Part shown: in pieces, positions 48,601 through 63,661 of the stretch
Layout of the letters: the number at the start of each line of letters is the position of its first letter
Numbering within the stretch: position 1 is the stretch's first letter
Assembly (NCBI GenBank): GCA_032718475.1
Contig: JAUCBJ010001318.1
Span: 1-64,000, forward strand
DNA: 64,000 nucleotides
Source of the DNA: Nemertoderma westbladi
Taxonomy: Eukaryota; Animalia; Xenacoelomorpha
Reading direction: 5' to 3'
Notes under the pieces: generated by a model
Databases searched by the model: none
The model's input: only the letters and a program-made list of their open reading frames with translations
What the model was told of the DNA's origin: nothing
Translations under genes and position numbers: made by a program

Positions 48601-51600
48601 TTATCTAGATGGTTGACCAATCCGAAACAAATCGTTACAGGTAACTGCTATCTAGATGGTTGACCAATCCGAAACGATTCGTTGCAGGTAACTGTTATCT
48701 AGATGGTTGACCAATCCGAAACGATTCGTTACAGGTAACTGCTATCTAGATGGTTGACCAATCCGAAACAAATCGTTACAGGTAACTGTTATCTAGATGG
48801 TTGACCAATCCGAAACGATTCGTTACAGGTAACTGCTATCTAGATGGTTGACCAATCCGAAACAAATCGTTACAGGTAACTGTTATCTAGATGGTTGACC
48901 AATCCGAAACGATTCGTTACAGGTAACTGCTATCTAGATGGTTGACCAATCCGAAACGATTCGTTACAGGTAACTGCTATCTAGATGGTTGACCAATCCG
49001 AAACGATTCGTTACAGGTAACTGCTATCTAGATGGTTGACCAATCCGAAACGATTCGTTACAGGTAACTGTTATCTAGATGGTCGACCAATCCGAAACGA
49101 TTCGTTGCAGGTAACTGTTATCTAGATGGTTGACCAATCCGAAACGATTCGTTGTAGGTAACTGTTATCTAGATGGTTGACCAATCCGAAACGATTCGTT
49201 ACAGGTAACTGCTATCTAGATGGTTGACCAATCCGAAACGATTCGTTGCAGGTAACTGTTATCTAGATGGTTGACCAATCCGAAACGATTCGTTGCAGGT
49301 AACTGTTATCTAGATGGTTGACCAATCCGAAACGATTCGTTACAGGTAACTGCTATCTAGATGGTTGACCAATCCGAAACAAATCGTTACAGGTAACTAT
49401 TATCTAGATGGTTGACCAATCCGAAACGATTCGTTACAGGTAACTGCTATCTAGATGGTTGACCAATCCGAAACAAATCGTTACAGGTAACTGTTATCTA
49501 GATGGTTGACCAATCCGAAACGATTCGTTACAGGTAACTGCTATCTAGATGGTTGACCAATCCGAAACGATTCGTTACAGGTAACTGCTATCTAGATGGT
49601 TGACCAATCCGAAACGATTCGTTAAAGGTAACTGCTATCTAGATGGTTGACCAATCCCAAACGAATCGTTACAGGTAACTGCTATCTAGATGGTTGACCA
49701 ATCCGAAACGATTCATTACAGGTAACTGTTATCTAGATGGTTGACCAATCCGAAACAAATCGTTACAGGTAACTGCTATCTAGATGGTTGACCAATCCGA
49801 AACAATTCGTTGCAGGTAACTGTTATCTAGATGGTTGACCAATCCGAAACGATTCGTTACAGGTAACTGCTATCTAGATGGTTGACCAATCCGAAACAAA
49901 TCGTTACAGGTAACTGTTATCTAGATGGTTGACCAATCCGAAACGATTCGTTACAGGTAACTGCTATCTAGATGGTTGACCAATCCGAAACAAATCGTTA
50001 CAGGTAACTGTTATCTAGATGGTTGACCAATCCGAAACGATTCGTTACAGGTAACTGCTATCTAGATGGTTGACCAATCCGAAACGATTCGTTACAGGTA
50101 ACTGCTATCTAGATGGTTGACCAATCCGAAACGATTCGTTACAGGTAACTGCTATCTAGATGGTTGACCAATCCGAAACGATTCGTTACAGGTAACTGTT
50201 ATCTAGATGGTCGACCAATCCGAAACAATTCGTTGCAGGTAACTGTTATCTAGATGGTTGACCAATCCGAAACGATTCGTTACAGGTAACTGCTATCTAG
50301 ATGGTTGACCAATCCCAAACGAATCGTTACAGGTAACTGCTATCTAGATGGTTGACCAATCCGAAACGATTCGTTACAGGTAACTGTTATCTAGATGGTT
50401 GACCAATCCGAAACAAATCGTTACAGGTAACTGCTATCTAGATGGTTGACCAATCCGAAACGATTCGTTGCAGGTAACTGTTATCTAGATGGTTGACCAA
50501 TCCGAAACGATTCGTTACAGGTAACTGCTATCTAGATGGTTGACCAATCCGAAACAAATCGTTACAGGTAACTGTTATCTAGATGGTTGACCAATCCGAA
50601 ACGATTCGTTACAGATAACTGCTATCTAGATGGTTGACCAATCCGAAACAAATCGTTACAGGTAACTGTTATCTAGATGGTTGACCAATCCGAAACGATT
50701 CGTTACAGGTAACTGCTATCTAGATGGTTGACCAATCCGAAACGATTCGTTACAGGTAACTGCTATCTAGATGGTTGACCAATCCGAAACGATTCGTTAC
50801 AGGTAACTGCTATCTAGATGGTTGACCAATCCGAAACGATTCGTTACAGGTAACTGTTATCTAGATGGTCGACCAATCCGAAACAATTCGTTGCAGGTAA
50901 CTGCTATCTAGATGGTCGACCAATCCGAAACGATTCGTTGCAGGTAACTGTTATCTAGATGGTTGACCAATCCGAAACGATTCGTTGCAGGTAACTGTTA
51001 TCTAGATGGTTGACCAATCCGAAACGATTCGTTGCAGGTAATTGTTATCTAGATGGTTGACCAATCCGAAACGATTCGTTACAGGTAACTGCTATCTAGA
51101 TGGTTGACCAATCCGAAACAAATCGTTACAGGTAACTATTATCTAGATGGTTGACCAATCCGAAACGATTCGTTACAGGTAACTGCTATCTAGATGGTTG
51201 ACCAATCCGAAACAAATCGTTACAGGTAACTGTTATCTAGATGGTTGACCAATCCGAAACGATTCGTTACAGGTAACTGCTATCTAGATGGTTGACCAAT
51301 CCGAAACGATTCGTTACAGGTAACTGCTATCTAGATGGTTGACCAATCCGAAACGATTCGTTAAAGGTAACTGCTATCTAGATGGTTGACCAATCCGAAA
51401 CGATTTGTTACAGGTAACTGCTATCTAGTTGGTTGACCAATCCGAAACAGATCGTTACAGGTAACTGCTATCTAGATGGTTGACCAATCCGAAACAAATC
51501 GTTAAAGGTAACTGCTATCTAGATGGTTGACCAATCCGAAACGATTCGTTACAGGTAACTGCTATCTAGATGGTTGACCAATCAGAAACGATTCGTTACA

Positions 51601-53772
51601 GGTAACTGCTCTCTAGATGGTTGACCAATCCGAAACAAATCGTTACAGGTAACTGCTATCTAGATGGTTGACCAATCCGAAACGATTCGTTACAGGTAAC
51701 TGCTCTCTAGATGGTTGACCAATCCGAAACGATTCGTTACAGGTAACTGTTATCTAGATGATTGACCAATCCGAAACGATTCGTTAAAGGTAACTGCTAT
51801 CTAGATGGTTGACCAATCCGAAACGATTCGTTAAAGGTAACTGCTATCTAGATGGTTGACCAATCCGAAACGATTCGTTACAGGTAACTGCTATCTAGAT
51901 GGTTGACCAATCCGAAACGATTCGTTAAAGGTAACTGCTATCTAGATGGTTGACCAATCCGAAACGATTCGTTACAGGTAACTGCTATCTAGATGGTTGA
52001 CCAATCCGAAACGATTCGTTAAAGATAACTGCTATCTAGATGGTTGACCAATCCGAAACAAATCGTTACAGGTAACTGCTATCTAAATGGTTGACCAATC
52101 CGAAACGATTCGTTAAAGGTAACTGCTATCTAGATGGTTGACCAATCCGAAACAAATCGTTACAGGTAACTGCTATCTAGATGGTTGACCAATCCGAAAC
52201 GAGTCGTTACTGGTAACTGCTATCTAGATGGTTGACCAATCCCAAACAAATCGTTACAGGTAACTGCTATCTAGATGGTTGACCAATCCCAAACGAATCG
52301 TTAAAGGTAACTGCTATCTAGATGGTTGACCAATCCGAAACGATTCGTTAAAGGTAACTACTATCTAGATGGTTGACCAATCCCAAACGAATCGTTAAAG
52401 GTAACTGCTATCTAGATGGTTGACCAATCTGAAACGATTTGTTAAAGGTAACTGCTATCTAGATGGTTGACCAATCTGAAACGATTCGTTACAGGTAACT
52501 GCTATCTAGATGGTTGACCAATCTGAAACGATTCGTTACAGGTAACTGCTATCTAGATGGTTGACCAATCCGAAACAAATCGTTACAGGTAACTGCTATC
52601 TAGATGGTTGACCAATCCGAAACGATTCGTTAAAGGTAACTGCTATCTAGATGGTTGACCAATCCGAAACAAATCGTTACAGGTAACTGCTATCTAGATG
52701 GTTGACCAATCCGAAACGATTCGTTAAAGGTAACTGCTATCTAAATGGTTGACCAATCCGAAACAAATCGTTACAGGTAACTGCTATCTAGATGGTTGAC
52801 CAATCCGAAACGATTCGTTACTGGTAACTGCTATCTAGATGGTTGACCAATCCCAAACAAATCGTTACAGGTAACTGCTATCTAGATGGTTGACCAATCC
52901 CAAACGAATCGTTAAAGGTAACTGCTATCTAGATGGTTGACCAATCCGAAACGATTCGTTAAAGGTAACTGCTATCTAGATGGTTGACCAATCCCAAACG
53001 AATCGTTAAAGGTAACTGCTATCTAGATGGTTGACCAATCTGAAACGATTTGTTAAAGGTAACTGCTATCTAGATGGTTGACCAATCTGAAACGATTCGT
53101 TACAGGTAACTGCTATCTAGATGGTTGACCAATCTGAAACGATTCGTTACAGGTAACTGCTATCTAGATGGTTGACCAATCCGAAACGATTCGTTACAGG
53201 TAACTGCTATCTAGATGGTTGACCAATCCGAAACGATTCGTTACAGGTAACTGCTATCTAGATGGTTGACCAATCCCAAACAAATCGTTACAGGTAACTG
53301 CTATCTAGATGGTTGACCAATCCCAAACGAATCGTTAAAGGTAACTGCTATCTAGATGGTTGACCAATCCGAAACAAATCGTTACAGGTAACTGCTATCT
53401 AGATGGTTGACCAATCCGAAACGATTCGTTACAGGTAACTGCTATCTAGATGGTTGACCAATCCGAAACGAATCGTTAAAGGTAACTGCTATCTAGATGG
53501 TTGACCAATCCCAAACGAATCGTTAAAGGTAACTGCTATCTAGATGGTTGACCAATCCGAAACAAATCGTTACAGGTAACTGCTATCTAGATGGTTGACC
53601 AATCCGAAACAAATCGTTACAGGTAACTGCTATCTAGATGGTTGACCAATCCGAAACGATTCGTTACAGGTAACTGCTATCTAGATGGTTGACCAATCCG
53701 AAACGAATCGTTAAAGGTAACTGCTATCTAGATGGTTGACCAATCCGAAACGATTCGTTAAAGGTAACTGCT
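45642..53772. repeat. 47-bp satellite array (~173 copies), intronic
   Basis: Unit GGTAACTGCTATCTAGATGGTTGACCAATCCGAAACGATTCGTTACA. Confidence 0.98.
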
Positions 53773-54600
53773 TCTACATAATATGTTCTCTAAAAGATAG
53801 TTTCTATTTCTAATCTACATAATTAATTGTAGAGCTAAATGCAAATGATTAAAGAAACACATCGGACATAAATTAAATTAAATTAATCGATGGATGAGGG
53901 GTGGGTGGATTTAAAGAAATTGTTCTAGATTTGGTGCATTAAACAGCCTGTCTGGTGACAGAATACTCCAGCAATTAATTCCCTCTATAAAAGCCAAGCC
54001 TTTACTCTATTTTTTTTATTATTTAACTGCTTAACTAACATTATTTTAGGTTTTAAAATCACTGCCTGGAATACTATAATACTGGAAACGTCCTGAAATT
54101 CCTGATTATTCGTACTGAAATAATTTAGTGTGAAAGACAAAAATATTCAACAACGATAATGAAACATAATAACAATAACTAAGAATCAGTCACAAAACCT
54201 TTCTATATAACCACCCTGTCAGACAAGCTGTTTGTTTATTGTAATTTATGTTAATCAATAGCTAATGAAAACTAAAACAATTAGACTGAAAACGCGATAC
54301 ATCAGAACTAAGATGTTCAGTATTAATCTACGTGAACTATCTGATACGTGACAGACCTCATCAGCAACGGTATAGCCATCTAGTCCCTAATTGCAGCAAC
54401 ATCAATAATACTCAATATTAAATAGACGGGAGATAATAAAGTAAATAAAACGCGGGACAAAAACTTTATATTATCCCATTTTGGTAGATTAAGAAATGAG
54501 TATCTTTTAAATGAGTTTAAAAGTACCAAATAAATTAATAATGACTTTAAAATGTTAGAGAAGTTTAAGTCTCAGGTTTAACTTAATTAACTAGACGTAC

Positions 54601-54695
54601 CGAAACCGCCTTGAATTTCTTCTTATCACGATGATTCTCCACTATTAGGAGACCGGCGTAGATTTTACCGCAAGTAATGTTCGGATAGCGTAATT
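54601..54695 (-). CDS. Cav2 IQ-domain exon
   Basis: ccag acceptor and gtacgt donor; 95 nt, phase 1 to 0: LRYPNITCGKIYAGLLIVENHRDKKKFKAVS (cf. TVGKIYA). Confidence 0.93.
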
Positions 54696-54870
54696 CTGGA
54701 GAGAAAGTTAATAAAAAATATTAACTACACAGTTAATGCAGTAGGTATACATTATCGAAACTCTAAATAAAGCTGCAGATAATATGACAATTAGAAAAAC
54801 AAGTTATCAATGTTACACAAAAACATAAAGGAATATAAAATCTTCTTCAGTAATTAATAACATTCCCAAC

Positions 54871-55042
54871 CTTCTTTTGGGGGCACCAAAAGATCCAACG
54901 TCTTTTGTGGAATTGTTTTCAATATGGCTTTGATAACAACTCGTAGTTCTTCATCCAGATCGTCACTGTATTCCGGACATGGTATTGTGTAAATGCCCAA
55001 AGAGGTTCGAATCAATGCAAATAATGTTGTGTGGAAATGAAC
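54871..55042 (-). CDS. Cav2 pre-IQ exon
   Basis: 172 nt, phase 0 to 1: VHFHTTLFALIRTSLGIY...DEELRVVIKAILKTIPQKTLDLLVPPKE. Confidence 0.95.
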
Positions 55043-55177
55043 CTAAAAATATTTTGTAAATTATATATATTGGAAAATGGAATTATTGAATAATTATTTA
55101 ACAATCTTTATCATAATGGCACTAATCCAACAGTCTAGAAAAGGGAAAAATAGAAAATATGGAAAATATAAAAAATA

Positions 55178-58100
55178 TACCCGGGACACTAACTTTACAC
55201 CCGGGACACGAACTTTACACCCGGGACACTAACGTTATACCCGGGACACTAACTTTACACCCGGGACACTAAATTTACACCCGGGACACTAACTTTACAC
55301 CCGGGACACTAACTTTACACCCAGGACACTAACGTGACACCCGGGACACTAACTTTACACCCGGGACACTAACTTTACACCCGGGACACTAACTTTACAT
55401 CCGGGACACTAACTTTACACCCGGGACACTAACTTTACACCCGGGAAACTAACTTTACACCTGGGACACTAACTTTACACCCGGGACACTAACTTTACAC
55501 CCGGGACACTAAATTTACACCAGGGAAACTAACTTTACACCCGGGACACTAACTTTACACCCGGGACACTAACGTGACACCCGGGACACTAACTTTACAC
55601 CCGGGACACTAACTTTACACCCGGGACACTAACTATACACCCAGGACACTAACTTTACACCCGGGACACTAACTTTACACCCAGGATACTAAATTTACAC
55701 CCGGGACACTAAATTTACACCCGGGACACTAAATTTACACCCGGGACACTAACTTTACACCCGGGACACTAACTTTACACCCGGGACACTAACTTTACAC
55801 CCGGGACACTAGCTATACACCCGGGATACTAGCTATACACCCGGGACACTAGCTTAGCTATACACCCGGGACACTAGCTAAACACCCGGGACACTAACGT
55901 GACACCCGGGACACTAACTTTACACCCAGGACACTAACGTGACACCCGGGACACTAACTTTACACCCGGGACACTAACTTTACACCTGGGACACTAACTT
56001 TACACCCGGGTCACTATCTATACACCCGAGACACTACCTATACACCCGGGACACTAACGTGACACCCGGGACACTAACGTGACACCCGGGACACTAACTT
56101 TACACCCGGGACACTAACGTGACACCCGGGACACTAACTTTACACCCGGGACACTATCTATACACCCGAGACACTAGCTATACACCTGGGACACTAACGT
56201 GACACCCGGGACACTAACGTGACACCCGGGACACTAACTTTACACCCGGGACACTAACTTTACACCCGGGACACTAAATTTACATCCGGGACACTAACTT
56301 TACACCCGGGAGACTAACTTTACACCCGGGACACTAACTTTACACCCGCGACACTAACTTTACACCCGGGAGACTAACGTTACACCCGGGAGACTAACTT
56401 TACACCCGGGAGACTAACTTTACACCCGGGAGACTAACTTTACACCCGGGACACTAATTTACACCCGGGACACTAACTTTACACCCGGGAGACTAACTTT
56501 ACACCCGGGAGACTAACTTTACACCCGGGAGACTAACTTTACACCCGGGACACTAACTTTACACCAAGGGACACTAACTTTACACCCGGGACACTAACTT
56601 TACACCCGGGACACTAACTTTACACCCGGGACACTAACTTTACACCCGGGAGACTAACTTTACACCCGGGACACTAACTTTACACCCGGGACACTAAATT
56701 TACACCAGGGACACTAACTTTACACCCGGGACACTAACTTTACACCCGGGACACTAACGTGACACCTGGGGCACTAACTTTACACCCGGGACACTAACTT
56801 TACACCCGGAAGACTAACTTTACACCCGGGACACTAACTATACACCCAGGACACTAACTTTACACCCGGGACACTAACTTTACACCCGGGATACTAAATT
56901 TACACCCGGGACACTAAATTTACACCCGTGACACTAAATTTACACCCGGGACACTAACTTTACACCCGGGACACTAACTTTACACCCGGGACACTAACTT
57001 TACACCCGGGACACTAGCTATACACCCGGGATACTAGCTATACACCCGGGACACTAGCTTAGCTATACACCCGGGACACTAGCTAAACACCCGGGACACT
57101 AACGTGACACCCGGGACACTAACTTTACACCCAGGACACTAACGTGACACCCGGGACACTAACTTTACACCCGGGACACTAACTTTACACCTGGGACACT
57201 AACTTTACACCCGGGTCACTATCTATACACTCGAGACACTACCTATACACCCGGGACACTAACGTGACACCCGGGACACTAACGTGACACCCGGGACACT
57301 AACTTTACACCCGGGAGACTAACTTTACACCCGGGAGACTAACTTTACACCCGGGAGACTAACTTTACACCCGGGACACTAACTTTACACCAAGGGACAC
57401 TAACTTTACACCCGGGACACTAACTTTACACCCGGGACACTAACTTTACACCCGGGACACTAACTTTACACCCGGGAGACTAACTTTACACCCGGGACAC
57501 TAACTTTACACCCGGGACACTAAATTTACACCAGGGACACTAACTTTACACCCGGGACACTAACTTTACACCCGGGACACTAACGTGACACCTGGGGCAC
57601 TAACGTTACACCCGGGACACTAACTTTACACCCGGAAGACTAACTTTACACCCGGGACACTAACTATACACCCAGGACACTAACTTTACACCCGGGACAC
57701 TAACTTTACACCCGGGATACTAAATTTACACCCGGGACACTAAATTTACACCCGGGACACTAAATTTACACCCGGGACACTAACTTTACACCCGGGACAC
57801 TAACTTTACACCCGGGACACTAACTTTACACCCGGGACACTAGCTATACACCCGGGATACTAGCTATACACCCGGGACACTAGCTTAGCTATACACCCGG
57901 GACACTAGCTAAACACCCGGGACACTAACGTGACACCCGGGACACTAACTTTACACCCAGGACACTAACGTGACACCCGGGACACTAACTTTACACCCGG
58001 GACACTAACTTTACACCTGGGACACTAACTTTACACCCGGGTCACTATCTATACACTCGAGACACTACCTATACACCCGGGACACTAACGTGACACCCGG

Positions 58101-60460
58101 GACACTAACGTGACACCCGGGACACTAACTTTACACCCGGGACACTAACGTGACACCCGGGACACTAACTTTACACCCGGGACACTATCTATACACCCGA
58201 GACACTAGCTATACACCTGGGACACTAACGTGACACCCGGGACACTAACGTGACACCCGGGACACTAACTTTACACCCGGGACACTAACTTTACACCCGG
58301 GACACTAAATTTACATCCGGGACACTAACTTTACACCCGGGAGACTAACTTTACACCCGGGACACTAACTTTACACCCGCGACACTAACTTTACACCCGG
58401 GAGACTAACTTTACACCCGGGAGACTAACTTTACACCCGGGAGACTAACTTTACACCCGGGAGACTAACTTTACACCCGGGACACTAATTCTACACCCGA
58501 GACACTAACTTTACACCCGGGAGACTAACTTTACACCCGGGAGACTAACTTTACACCCGGGAGACTAACTTTACACCCGGGACACTAACTTTACACCCGG
58601 GACACTAACTTTACACCCGGGACACTAACTTTACACCCGGGACACTAACTTTACACCCGGGACACTAACTTTACACCCGGGAGACTAACTTTACACCGGG
58701 GACACTAACTTTACACCTGGGACACTAACTTTACACCCGGGACACTAACTTTACACCCGGGACACTAACTTTACACCCGGGACACTAACTATACACCCAG
58801 GACACTAACTTTACACCCGGGACACTAACTTTACACCCGGGACACTAACTTTACACCCGGGACACTAACTTTACACCCGGGATACTAAATTTACACCCGG
58901 GACACTAAATTTACACCCGGGACACTAAATTTACACCCGGGACACTAACTTTACACCCGGGACACTAACTTTACACCCGGGACACTAACTTTACACCCGG
59001 GACACTAGCTATACACCCGGGATACTAGCTATACACCCGGAACACTAGCTATACACCCGGGACACTGGCTAAACACCCGGGACACTAACGTGACACCCGG
59101 GACGCTAACTTTACACCCAGGACACTAACGTGACACCCGGGACACTAACTTTACACCCGGGACACTGACGTGACACCCGGGACACTAACTTTACACCCGG
59201 GACACTATCTATACACCCGAGACACTAGCTATACACCCGGGACACTAACGTGACACCCGGGACACTAACGTGACACCCGGGACACTAACTTTACACCCGG
59301 GACACTAACTTTACACCCGGGACACTAACTTTACACCCGGGACACTAAATTTACACCCGGGACACTAACTTTACACCCGGGAGACTAACTTTACACCCGG
59401 GACACTAACTTTACACCCGCGACACTAACTTTACACCCGGGACACTAACTTTACACCCGGGAGACTAACTTTACACCCGGGAGACTAACTTTACACCCGG
59501 GAGAGTAACTTTACACCCGGGACACTAACTTTACACCCGGGACACTAACTTTACACCCGGGACACTAGCTATACACCCGGGATACTAGCTATACACCCGG
59601 AACACTAGCTATACACCCGGGACACTGGCTAAACACCCGGGACACTAACGTGACACCCGGGACGCTAACTTTACACCCAGGACATTAACGTGACACCCGG
59701 GACACTAACTTTACACCCGGGACACTGACGTGACACCCGGGACACTAACTTTACACCCGGGACACTATCTATACACCCGAGACACTAGCTATACACCCGG
59801 GACACTAACGTGACACCCGGGACACTAACGTGACACCCGGGACACTAACTTTACACCCGGGACACTAACTTTACACCCGGGACACTAACTTTACACCCGG
59901 GACACTAAATTTACACCCGGGAGACTAACTTTACACCCGGGAGACTAACTTTACACCCGGGACACTAACTTTACACCCGCGACACTAACTTTACACCCGG
60001 GACACTAACTTTACACCCGGGAGACTAACTTTACACCCGGGAGACTAACTTTACACCCGGGAGAGTAACTTTACACCCGGGACACTAACTTTACACCCGG
60101 GACACTAACTTTACACCCGGGACACTAACTTTACACCCGGGACACTAACTTTACACCCGGGACACTAACTTTACACCCGGGAGACTAACTTTACACCCGG
60201 GACACTAACGTGACACCCGGGACACTAACTTTACACCCGGGACACTAACTTTACACCCGGGACACTAACTTTACACCCGGGAGACTAACTTTACACCCGG
60301 GAGACTAACTTTACACCCGGGACACTAACTTTACACCCGGGACACTAACTTTACACCCGGGACACTAACTTTACACCCGGGACACTAACTTTACACCCGG
60401 GACACTAACTTTACACCCGGGAAACTAACTTTACACCCGGGAAACTAACTTTACACCCGC
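55178..60460. repeat. 20-bp satellite array (~265 copies), intronic
   Basis: Unit CCCGGGACACTAACTTTACA with recurring variant blocks. Confidence 0.98.
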
Positions 60461-60682
60461 GTAAATCTTGAATTCACAACAGGACTTACTACACGTAAGT
60501 TAATGATCACTTTTGTTGACATTTTTATTTTCTAACATAGTTTTTGTGCTGATGGCAAGAAATCATAATAAGAAAACAACAATTTAGGAAGGAAAAAAAA
60601 GGTCTTTTAACAAAATGTTCTACCGTTTTAATTATAACTACATTAATTATAAATAAACACAATTTCATGATTTACGACTTAC

Positions 60683-60821
60683 CTTCTTATCATTAGTGAG
60701 CGGCATATTCATCTTGATAAGTCGTTGATAGGCAAGTTTGTAAGGACACTTACGGCCAAGGCCAAGAGGTGGGGCTAATATTCGCAGCATTTCATACATG
60801 TCTGTATACAAGATCCGGCCA
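60683..60821 (-). CDS. Cav2 EF-hand exon (GPHH region)
   Basis: ttcag acceptor and gtaagt donor; 139 nt: [46 protein letters not shown]. Confidence 0.96.
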
Positions 60822-61259
60822 CTGAATAAAAAAAAATAGAAATTAAATAGGAAAAATTAATGGTTCGTGGATGTTCACTTTTTTTTAGCTGTTTTGTACG
60901 TTGATAAAAATACCGAAAACAAATTAATTCAATAAAATAAAGATTACGATAAATAAATAAATAGGTTAGATTAATGTCGTATAGAAATTAGTCGAAAATA
61001 AAATATTATGGGGCATTCCGGAATTTCACGGCAAGGGTCGTGGAAAGAGGTGGTTGAGGAGACATGGAAAAGTAATAATTATTAGGTTACAGTATTTATC
61101 TGGTGAATAATGGCGGTCAGTCAAACACGATCGGTAAAATAAGTATAAAATAACTATAGTTACATTATTTCCTGAAAAAAAAGAGTTATGACCTAAGAAC
61201 ATTAATGTACCGAACGAGCGCAACGAAGGAAGTTTAAATAAACAACGGTTTTTAAACAT

Positions 61260-63661
61260 GTAGCACATGGATCGTATAGAGATTAACTTACGTAGCACAT
61301 GGGTCGTATAGAGATTAACTTACGTAGCACATGGATCGTATAGAGATTAACTTACGTAGCACATGGGGATCGTATAGAGATTAACTTACGTAGCACATGG
61401 GGATCGTATAGAGATTAACTTACGTAGCACATGGGGATCGTATAGAGATTAACTTACGTAGCACATGGATCGTATAGAGATTAACTTACGTAACACATGG
61501 GGATCGTATAGAGATTAACTTACGTAGCACATGGATCGTATAGAGATTAACTTACGTAGCACATGGGGATCGTATAGAGATTAACTTACGTAGCACATGG
61601 GGATCGTATAGAGATTAACTTACGTAACACATGGGGATCGTATAGAGATTAACTTACGTAGCACATGGATCGTATAGAGATTAACTTACGTAGCACATGG
61701 ATCGTATAGAGATTAACTTACGTAGCACATGGGGATCGTATAGAGATTAACTTACGTAGCACATGGGGATCGTATAGAGATTAACTTACGTAGCACATGG
61801 ATCGTATAGAGATTAACTTACGTAGCACATGGATCGTATAGAGATTAACTTACGTAGCACACGGATCGTATAGAGATTAACTTACGTAACACATGGGGAT
61901 CGTATAGAGATTAACTTACGTAGCACATGGATCGTATAGAGATTAACTTACGTAGCACATGGGGATCGTATAGAGATTAACTTACGTAGCACATGGGGAT
62001 CGTATAGAGATTAACTTACGTAACACATGGGGATCGTATAGAGATTAACTTACGTAGCACATGGATCGTATAGAGATTAACTTACGTAACACATGGGGAT
62101 CGTATAGAGATTAACTTACGTAGCACATGGATCGTATAGAGATTAACTTACGTAGCACATGGGGATCGTATAGAGATTAACTTACGTAGCACATGGGGAT
62201 CGTATAGAGATTAACTTACGTAGCACATGGATCGTATAGAGATTAACTTACGTAGCACATGGATCGTATAGAGATTAACTTACGTAGCACACGGATCGTA
62301 TAGAGATTAACTTACGTAACACATGGGGATCGTATAGAGATTAACTTACGTAGCACACGGATCGTATAGAGATTAACTTACGTAACACATGGGGATCGTA
62401 TAGAGATTAACTTACGTAGCACATGGATCGTATAGAGATTAACTTACGTAGCACATGGGGATCGTATAGAGATTAACTTACGTAGCACATGGGGATCGTA
62501 TAGAGATTAACTTACGTAGCACATGGGGATCGTATAGAGATTAACTTACGTAGCACACGGATCGTATAGAGATTAACTTACGTAACACATGGGGATCGTA
62601 TAGAGATTAACTTACGTAGCACACGGATCGTATAGAGATTAACTTACGTAGCACATGGATCGTATAGAGATTAACTTACGTAGCACACGGATCGTATAGA
62701 GATTAACTTACGTAACACATGGGGATCGTATAGAGATTAACTTACGTAGCACATGGATCGTATAGAGATTAACTTACGTAGCACATGGGGATCGTATAGA
62801 GATTAACTTACGTAGCACACGGGTCGTATAGAGATTAACTTACGTAGCACATGGATCGTATAGAGATTAACTTACGTAGCACATGGGGATCGTATAGAGA
62901 TTAACTTACGTAGCACATGGGGATCGTATAGAGATTAACTTACGTAGCACATGGATCGTATAGAGATTAACTTACGTAGCACATGGGGATCGTATAGAGA
63001 TTAACTTACGTAGCACATGGGGATCGTATAGAGATTAACTTACGTAGCACACGGGTCGTATAGAGATTAACTTACGTAGCACATGGATCGTATAGACATT
63101 AACTTACGTAGCACATGGGGATCGTATAGAGATTAACCTACGTAGCACATGGGGATCGTATAGAGATTAACTTACGTAGCACACGGATCGTATAGAGATT
63201 AACTTACGTAGCACATGGGGATCGTATAGAGATTAACTTACGTAGCACACGGGTCGTATAGAGATTAACTTACGTAGCACATGGATCGTATAGAGATTAA
63301 CTTACGTAGCACATGGGGATCGTATAGAGATTAACTTACGTAGCACATGGGGATCGTATAGAGATTAACTTACGTAGCACATGGGGATCGTATAGAGATT
63401 AACCTACGTAGCACATGGGGATCGTATAGAGATTAACTTACGTAGCACACGGATCGTATAGAGATTAACTTACGTAGCACATGGGGATCGTATAGAGATT
63501 AACTTACGTAGCACATGGGGATCGTATAGAGATTAACCTACGTAGCACAATGGGAATCGTATAGAGATTAACTTACGTAGCACATGGGGATCGTATAGAG
63601 ATTAACTTACGTAGCACATGGGGATCGTATAGAGATTAACTTACGTAGCACATGGATCGTA
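61260..63661. repeat. 32/34-bp tandem array (~72 copies), intronic
   Basis: Unit TAGCACATGG(GG)ATCGTATAGAGATTAACTTACG. Confidence 0.97.

Noticed and set aside
54340-54386. Possible small Cav2 exon (GLDGYTVADE)
   Set aside because: The acceptor is plausible but the donor and phase are ambiguous; it cannot be supported without transcripts.
45642-63661. CRISPR-like arrays
   Set aside because: Head-to-tail repeats with no unique spacers, no cas genes, and a eukaryotic intron context.
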